Assembly (NCBI RefSeq): GCF_006345805.1
Contig: NW_021835963.1
Location: forward strand, 136,001-200,000
DNA length: 64,000 nucleotides
From: Octopus sinensis
Lineage: Eukaryota
Reading direction: 5' to 3'
Under the pieces are notes generated by a model that did no database searches, was not told where the DNA came from, and worked only from the letters and a program-made list of their open reading frames with translations. The position numbers were made by a program, and so were the translations under genes. Shown here piece by piece: positions 56,181 through 64,000 of this stretch (position 1 is the stretch's first letter; every line of letters begins with the position of its first letter).

Positions 56181-57219
56181 GAGCGTCTAAACGAGCTCAA
56201 AGAAAAACTGGTTATTGGATGAATCAGAAACAGTTTGCAAGAAAGAAGACTTCACAGTGATGTGTATGAAAATAACAAGTGCATAGAGAAGCACCGAGAG
56301 CTTTCAAAGTGGAAGCAGGCTGTGGAAAAAAGGACAAAACTAACTTGGTCTCAACTCAAGTATGACGTAGGTCTCTGGAAACATGGAATCAAAAGTGAAG
56401 TCCAATTATACAAACTATAACACAAGTCTTTCCACAAACTGATACATTTTTCATCACTCATGTGGTATTCCTTGCGTGAGTGTATTGTTTTTAGAATGAA
56501 GAAATATATCTATATACTCTATAATTGGCAGTGTGTCTCCTTTTCTTTCCTTGTTTGTCCATCCCCTTCATACGTGCACCATAGGCAATTTTTTAAATAA
56601 TACTTTAAATGTTTCTACCTTTTGGTTCTAGTGCACTAATATGTCATTTAGTTTGATGAATACTGAGAAGATACACTCGTTGTAAGTTTAATTGCCTTTG
56701 TATAAATTGTATATAGTTACACGCACACACTTACTCTCACACACATATTTATTCAGGCACATAAACGCATGCATACTTACATATATACATAAGTTCACAC
56801 ATATATATGTAAACTTATACGTATACACACGCATATAACGACGTGCAAGCAGGCACGCGTAAGTACACACATACATATACACACATATATATATACATAT
56901 ACATCCATAGATATAAACATACACACGTATACAATACATACATACGTTCACGCATTCATACAAGCCTCAGATATTGCTATTTATGTTGAGATTAGAGTTA
57001 AAGTTTATATAGTTTTCTCTTGTTGCAAAATGGTGGCTGTGTCACATGATATTCCGCCATTTACCAGTGTGTCGTAAATTATCAGTTACCTCTTCCTCTT
57101 ACCTCCTTACTCACTCACTCTCTCACTCCCACTCCTCTTCTTTAATTTACAAGATGACCTTCATGAATTCTGTCACAGTTTAGTATGTCAGATATACGTA
57201 AATTATATTTGCCAACGTT

Positions 57220-57753
57220 TAGCACGCCGGGCGAAATGTTTCTTGGTATTTCGTCTGTCGTTACGTTCTGAGTTCAAATTTCGCCGAGGTCGACTTTGCC
57301 TTTCATCCTCTCGGGGTCGATAAATAAAGTACCAGTTATGCACTGGGGTCGATATAATCGACTTAATCCGTTTGTCTGTCCTTGTTTGTCCTCTCTGTGT
57401 TTAGCCCCTTGTGGGTAGTAAAGAAATAAGTATTTCATCTACTGTTACGTTCTGTGTTCAAATTCCGCCGAAGTCGACTTTACCTTTCATCCTCTAGGGG
57501 TCGATAAATAAAGTACCAATTTCGCACTGGGTCGATGTAATCGACTTAATTCCTTTGTCTGTCCTTGTTTGTCCCCTCTATGTTTAGCCCTTTGTGGGTA
57601 GTAAAGAAATAGGTATTTCCTCTGTCTTTACGTTCTGAGCTCAAATTCCGCTGAGGTCGACTTTGCCTTTCATCCTCTCGGTGTCGATAAATAAAGTACC
57701 AGTTTCGCACTGAGTCCCTCTATGTTTAGTCCCTTGTGGGTAGTAAAGAAATA
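57220..57753 (+). mobile_element. Trimeric family-B SINE within a single 16-bp TSD
   Basis: TATATTTGCCAACGTT at 57204-57219 and 57754-57769 flanks three head-to-tail units of up to ~185 bp (the third internally deleted). Confidence 0.88.
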
Positions 57754-60684
57754 TATATTTGCCAACGTTATATGTAGGAAATAGAAGAAATGAAACTATG
57801 TTGAGTTATAAATATATATTATTTACGAGAGGTATTAGAAGGATAAAATAAATTTTTAAATATCGTTTAGTTAGAAGGTAAAGCTGTGTCTATGATCCAT
57901 TTCAGAGAGGGCTGCTGGACTGATGGGACGGAGATGGAAGTTATGCCCAAACGGGAGACCTGATCAGAATGCTTGCACATTCCGCTAGAAGTGGAGCTGT
58001 TAAGCCGGGATCTAGTTTTTTTCATTCGCAAAATGCCCCCTCTCCTTTAATTTTACTCAGATTGCTTTCAATTTTAGTGTATCGATGCAACTCTGAATTT
58101 TGATTACGACCAACCAATTACTTTATCTCGTACATTAAAGATTCTGATGTTATTTGGAATTAAAGTCGGGAAATTTGGGTAATTTTAGCCAATCAACAGA
58201 CAGCGAGGTATTAACAGCTCGTTACCATGACAACCGCACGTTGTGTTGATTCTTCACACCACGAGATTTACTTCACCCGCGTGTTTTGTTTACATAAAAG
58301 TTTATATTTATCAATTAGAATTTTATGATGGATATTTTTCGTCAATTGTCTTAATATTCTACATATGTTTCATATAAAGCAAAAGTTGTTTGCGATGTTA
58401 AAACAATTTCTTGGCATTGTGGAGGTGAATGGAATATGTGAACTTTGTACAAAAACCGCACACCTATACTTCAAGCATAGTACTGACAAAACATCGACGA
58501 CTCCACGACTCAGCATTGCCAAGCTTCAGAGACTCATTGACTCAAATAGCTTGATTTATGGTTTTACTAGGTTAATTCTATTCATAAACGTTTAGAATGG
58601 GAGTTTTCTTAAACCGTTTGCTTCACATTTCAACAGCTTAATTGAAATTTAACCCACGTAACAGAAACTGAGAGGGATATTGTGGAACAGAGAAACTGTG
58701 GGTGGTAGAGATAATTTGACATTATTTCTGAATTCTGCGAGCAAAAACATATAAGATACGGGTATTCTTTTTCTATGGACAAATTCTTTGTTAACAAGTA
58801 TGATTTTTACCGTAGTTTACAAATCCGAGCATGAAAACGTTACTCAACTTTGAAGTTTTGGAGACAGACGCACCTCTTCACACACACACCCATACATGCA
58901 CTTATATATTAATGATGTACACAAACACATGACAGGTATACAATAAAGATGTGGAAGCAGCTGAGCATCCGTGACATTCTCGAAGACATAAACAAGCATC
59001 TCCCTTGACTACCTTTTCCATTTTGTCTGGTGTGACCACGGGGCGGTTTGACAAGCCTTTTCAGTCATCTCTTTTATTGTGACATTGTGACTGATGTTTG
59101 ATGTAAATAATAAATCTGTTGAGAATTGAAGAGCAGACAGTCGCAGTTTGTAGAACGACAAACGATATGTAAATGCCTCACGGTATTTGGGAAAGCAGAA
59201 GGGGAACTGGGCAGGTCCCATCGTGAGGATCGCATACAACAGGTGGATCTCGAGGTTAACCAGTTGGGCTCAAAAAAAAAAAAAACAGAAAGCGAAATCG
59301 TCAGCAGATATTGTGAGAAAACCTTAACAAAAATAAAGCTTTATGGGATATTTTGTTAGAAGGCTAAAAAAAATGTATGTATTGGGGTTGATGCATTGGA
59401 CAAAAAAATTCCTGAAGGAAACAAGGAAAGTAAAAAGTTCATTCATACTGAATCCCAAATCATTTGCAAAACGAATAGTTGTAGGCGGCGCTAATTGAAA
59501 CGGATTTGCAAGCCCACAAAATATTCTTTGAGAGTCAACGATAGTTACCTCTCCTGATCGAACATTCTGGAACAATCTAGAATATTCCAGAAAATTCCAG
59601 GCGAACAAGATGAACTCCTCCTTTTTGCTAATTTACTATGCATAACATCAAAATAACCCGCAGGAGGTCACTAGTAGCACATCGCCTATTTAAGCGTGCG
59701 TTCCCGCTTAAATCGGTCTCTCTTCTCTAACTGCTTCTTCGAGAGCGACAAGGTCCACCGCGACCACAAGAGAGCCAGGCACATGAATTCGACATCTGAT
59801 TTCCTACCAGTAGCTCGTCCTGGTATCCTAAGTCTAGTGCTTGTGGAAAATAAATCTCGTAGCTTGATTTATTTCTATTTACTCAAAGTTATCATGGAAC
59901 ATGGCAAGTTGTTCAAAACCTTTCTTCTTCCCAGAAGTCTTTATTGAACATCGAATAATCGCTGTACGCATTCGTTTGTCACGCGCCTGAACAAAACCTT
60001 GAACGTGAAGTTATTAGCACGGAACGTGTGTTGTCGTTATTTACTGCACAGAGGTATTTCATGGCTATTGGATTAATGATACACTCCAATTATCAAAGTG
60101 TTGACGTTTTTATAAGCGATTTTCCACGCTAAATACTTAATGAGAAAAAGAGGTAAATAAAAATAAAGACCCATTTCTTTCCCAGTGAAATATCAACAGG
60201 AGAAAGGAATTCTGACTTGGCGCCCTTACGATTTTGCCAGCTCTTTGATCCTCACAAAAAAACGAAGTTGTATCGAGTACAAAAAACAATTGTATTTTCG
60301 TTCTAATTGGGGATCTTTACCTTTTTACAGACAGATCTTAAAAAATAATTTTTTGGAACTAAACACTTTCAAACTTCGTATACTGGTAGAATGTGTCATA
60401 TAAAACATCTTTTACTCTTGGCGTTGTTGAGAAAATTCTGTATTTTGGAAGTTATTTTTTTGTTAAAGTTGTCGTAGTTAGGTAATTTCAACCAATCAAT
60501 GACATGTATTCAGCTGAATAAAATTACTGCTGTTGTTTCTCAACAACAACTTCCGACGGTGTATATTTCGCCTGTCACTGTTATTTATGAAATATTTCAT
60601 CTCAGTTATGTTTGTATGGATATACAAGTGTATCTGAAGCACGTTTACTTCATGGTACCACCATAATCGTTTGTGCTTCATTTT

Positions 60685-60866
60685 TCATTTTTCTCCGTAA
60701 CTCTAACCCTAAAACCCCAACCCTAACTCTAACAATATTATTTATGACATCGTTCGTGCGTTTGTACTGGTTTTAGTTTTAGGGTTTTAGGCTTAGGGTT
60801 ACGGTTACGGTTTTAGGGTTAGAGTTAGGATTACGGTTTTAGGGTTGGGGCTGGAGAAAGAAATGT
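60685..60866. repeat. Inverted degenerate telomere-like (CCCTAA...TTAGGG) array
   Basis: ctctaaccctaaaaccccaaccctaactctaac, spacer, then ttagggttttaggcttagggttacgg...tagggttagagttagg; flanks catttttctcc / ggagaaagaaatg pair. Confidence 0.75.
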
Positions 60867-61639
60867 TCTGTGTTATATAGTCTATGGCCAGGGTGTGGAT
60901 CAAATCCTAAACAAAGAACTGACCCAAAAGTGACCAGCAAAAAGGTCTTAGGCCATTAATCATCCAGTGTGGAGATGCAAAAACAAAGAGGTTTCAGATT
61001 TGCTTGACAAGCAACAGGCGAGTGGATTCGGTTTCGAATCTCAGGCAGGGCCAAGCGAGGTCTTTACATAGGTGTTATGTATAGACGGTGTCGCGATAAT
61101 TCAATCAACGGGGTACTAAAAATCAGATGAGAGGCTGTTACTTAAAGGGCCCAGTCTGTTACTTAAAGGCCCAGGCTGTTACCTAAAGGAACAAACCTAA
61201 GATCATACATGTTGCAGTCTACATTTTCTGGAAAGCATCTCCAACAAATGGCTATTCTAGTCGCATTAAAACGATAATGGCCCATTCCAATCTATTTTCC
61301 AAAACATCCCTTGTTTCTTTCACACATCAAGATGATAGAGTTATTTAAGAGAGAAATGGCGGCTAATTTTATAAAGTCGGGCGATCAATAGATATTTCAG
61401 TGAAGCTACAGTTATTTTAAATTTGATGAGAGTTTCATAATTTCGAAGTGTTGATTATTTGTAAGAGCTAGGTGAGAAATGAACCCCATTCAGTTAAGTC
61501 GTCCTAGAAACACTCTCCAAAACCAACAACAGTGGTTATTATACGGTCCAACAGGTTAGAGGAATCGTCAACGTTTCAGGAACGAAATATCTCAGAGATC
61601 TTCGAAAAATAGCTTAGTACAAATCATTTTTGTCATGAC

Positions 61640-61900
61640 TGGCGCAGGTATTCCTTCAAGGTGCCTTTCCAGGTGACCTGGTCGTCAATTGGCAGCCATC
61701 ATTTGTCCCTGTCCTTCTTCCTCTACGCAGAAAGTCTGCAGTGTCGCGACCCCACCATTTCTTGATGTTCTCAGACTAGAATTTTCACTGTTTCTTCTTT
61801 ACCCTCCACCAACTCTATTTTCGTGAATGGTTTCAGTCAGGGATCCGTACCAGGAGACATTTCCGTACTAGGCAAGCTTTTGTCGTTTCATTGTATGAAA
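61640..61900 (-). mobile_element. Old RTE-group LINE 3' fragment
   Basis: Minus strand gives MKRQKLA*YGNVS...LTETIHENRV(E)G.RR...SENIKKWWG, resembling RTE KRRKL.WYGHV...VEG.R.RGR...W.DNIK.W.G. Confidence 0.55.
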
Positions 61901-64000
61901 GACTGATTCTTACCTATCAATCATATTAGAGCACTCACTACTTGGAAACTCTTTGTCTTGTGCTCTTTGTACGAGCTACATGACAGCTTTTTGAAGTATC
62001 TGTAACGGTTAGTTCTTCGTTGCAGTCGAGGGTCACCAATTGTAACGGTTGGTATTATGATATATGTTGGAAGCGATTGTAACGAGTTTTGCTGTTGCAG
62101 ATGTACAAGATGAAGGAACAGTGATCGAAGTTGTAAGGAGATATTTATTGTATCAAGGCAACAAGAAATGACGTCGAAAAATGTTAGCCCGAACGTAAAT
62201 TTCTGACGAAGATTTTCTTGTAACTTGTGATGTATGTCATTTTATCTAAATATTCTTCTTTTTGTATTGTATGAATACCTTCTCTATCAATTAGTAACCA
62301 GCCATATCCCCTTCAAATTACGTTCACTATTTTTTAAAAAAGACACTTTGTCCAGAAAAGACTATGCTTTAGAAAAAAAAAAAAGAAGAAAAGAAAGTTC
62401 AGTGGGGATCATCACGGTTGGAATGCCTTTGATCAGAAGTATCTTTTCAGCTCTGAATTGAGACGAAATTTCTTGATCGCCCAATTTACGTCCCTTTACT
62501 TAAATCTAGTTCTTATTTAATTATCTCCCTTCTATGCTTGAGTTTTCAGACATTCATAAAATGCAATGAATTTAGATGAGTTTTAAAAAAATTAAGTGGA
62601 AAGAGTTTTAAAGTAAAATAAAATTAAAATTATATTCGTGATTTCTAACATACTTTTATTTATTAACTAATAAAAAAAATTAATAAGAATATAGCAAAAT
62701 TAAATTCGTATATCCTGATGTCTGAAAAGAAAATTTAGAATAAAATAAAACCAAACTATTATTATTCGATTTCAAAATAATTTTGGATTATTAATCCAAA
62801 ATTAATTGATTAAAAAAATGTATTAATATAAATCTAAAATTATCTATTGATATCGAAATAATTTTGAATTAGTAACTAGAAAAAAAAAATGAATTTAAAA
62901 TAAAGGCGCAGGAGTGGCTGTGTGGTAAGTAGCTTGTCTATCAACCACATGGTTCCGGGTTCAGTCCCACTGCGGGGCACCTTGGGCAAGTGTCTTCTAC
63001 TATAGCCTCGGGCCGACCAAAGCCTTGTGAGTAGATTTGGTAGACGGAAACTGAAAGAAGCCCGTCGTATATATGTATATATATGTGTGTGTGTGTGTTT
63101 GTGTGTCTGTGTTTGTCCCCTAGCATTGCTTGACAACCGATGCTGGTGTGTTTATGTCCCCGTTAGTTAGCGGTTCGGCAAAAAGAGACCGATAGAATAA
63201 GTCCCGGGGTCGAGTTCCTCGATTAAAGGCGGTGCTCCAGCATGGCCGCAGTCAAATGACTGAAACAAGTAAAAGAGTAAAACCAAACTATTATTATTCG
63301 AGTTCAAAATAATTTTGAATTAATAATTGATAAGAAAAAATGTATTAGTATAAATCTAAAATTATGTATTTATAGCGAAGTAATTTTGAATTAATAACTG
63401 GAAAAAAAAGATTAATTTAAAATAAAATCAAATTTATATTTATGAATTTCAAAATTACTCCGAATAACTGAAAAAAAAAAAAACGAAAAAGAAAAAAGCA
63501 AAAATTTAATACTTCTGTTCATTACAGGCACACGGTCTGAAGTTTGGCGGGAGGGGGGATAGTGGCTTATATCGACCCCAGTGCTTGACTGGTACTTATT
63601 ATAGGGATGCAGAAAGGTTAAATGGCGAAGTCGACTTGGGCGGGATTTGAACCCAGAACGTAAAATCGGAAGATATATCGCTAATCAGGGCGGCGAGCTG
63701 GCAGAATCGTTAGCACGCCGGGCGAAATTTGTCGTATTTCGTCCGCCGCTGCGTTCTGAGTTCAAATTCCGCTGAGGTCAACTTTGCTTTTCATCCTTTC
63801 GGGGTCGATAAATTAAGTACCAGTTACGTACTGGGATCGATGTAATCGACTTAATCCGTTTGTCTGTACTTGTTTGTCTCCTCTATGTTTAGCCCCTCGT
63901 GAGTAGTAAAGAAATAGATATATCACTAATCATTTTGTCCGGCGTGCTAACGACTGAGCCAAGTCGCCAAAACATCAGTAAATTCCTTACTGGATCTTTT

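Noticed and set aside
60685-60866. Ancient telomere-telomere fusion site
   Set aside because: A fusion gives (TTAGGG)n then (CCCTAA)n; here the order is reversed, and the arrays are short and degenerate.

Overview
Eukaryotic, AT-rich, microsatellite- and transposon-dense animal DNA. The SINE families and the (TA)n/(CA)n/(GATA)n/(AAT)n load suggest an octopod cephalopod (inference). Two spliced genes, both on the minus strand, were reconstructed by hand with GT-AG junctions and consistent phases. (1) A complete 7-exon PQBP1 orthologue (CDS join 54966-54891, 49749-49440, 46879-46779, 46062-45995, 44351-44255, 43086-43029, 41526-41382; 284 aa). (2) The first six coding exons of an SLC22/organic cation transporter-like MFS gene (20105-19979, 13674-13469, 9243-9013, 4696-4494, 3847-3566, 198-64), which runs off the left edge. 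Most of the rest is TE debris: CR1/L2-group, RTE and R4/Dong LINE fragments, several tRNA-derived SINE families, non-autonomous Helitrons, and hAT (Buster/Charlie, hATm), Chapaev3, Tc1/mariner and piggyBac-type elements. Most ORF-track entries are microsatellite or SINE artefacts. Most notable: (a) a ~2.6/3.2 kb inverted duplication (9774-12420 vs 32630-35850) that brackets SLC22 coding exons 1-2, with patchy identity and arm-specific TE insertions; (b) a palindromic element of two head-to-head units, each a tRNA-like head plus a Penelope-type hammerhead-like motif (42387-42932); (c) SINE multimers sharing one precise junction at several loci. TE boundaries are by-eye estimates and family names need database confirmation.
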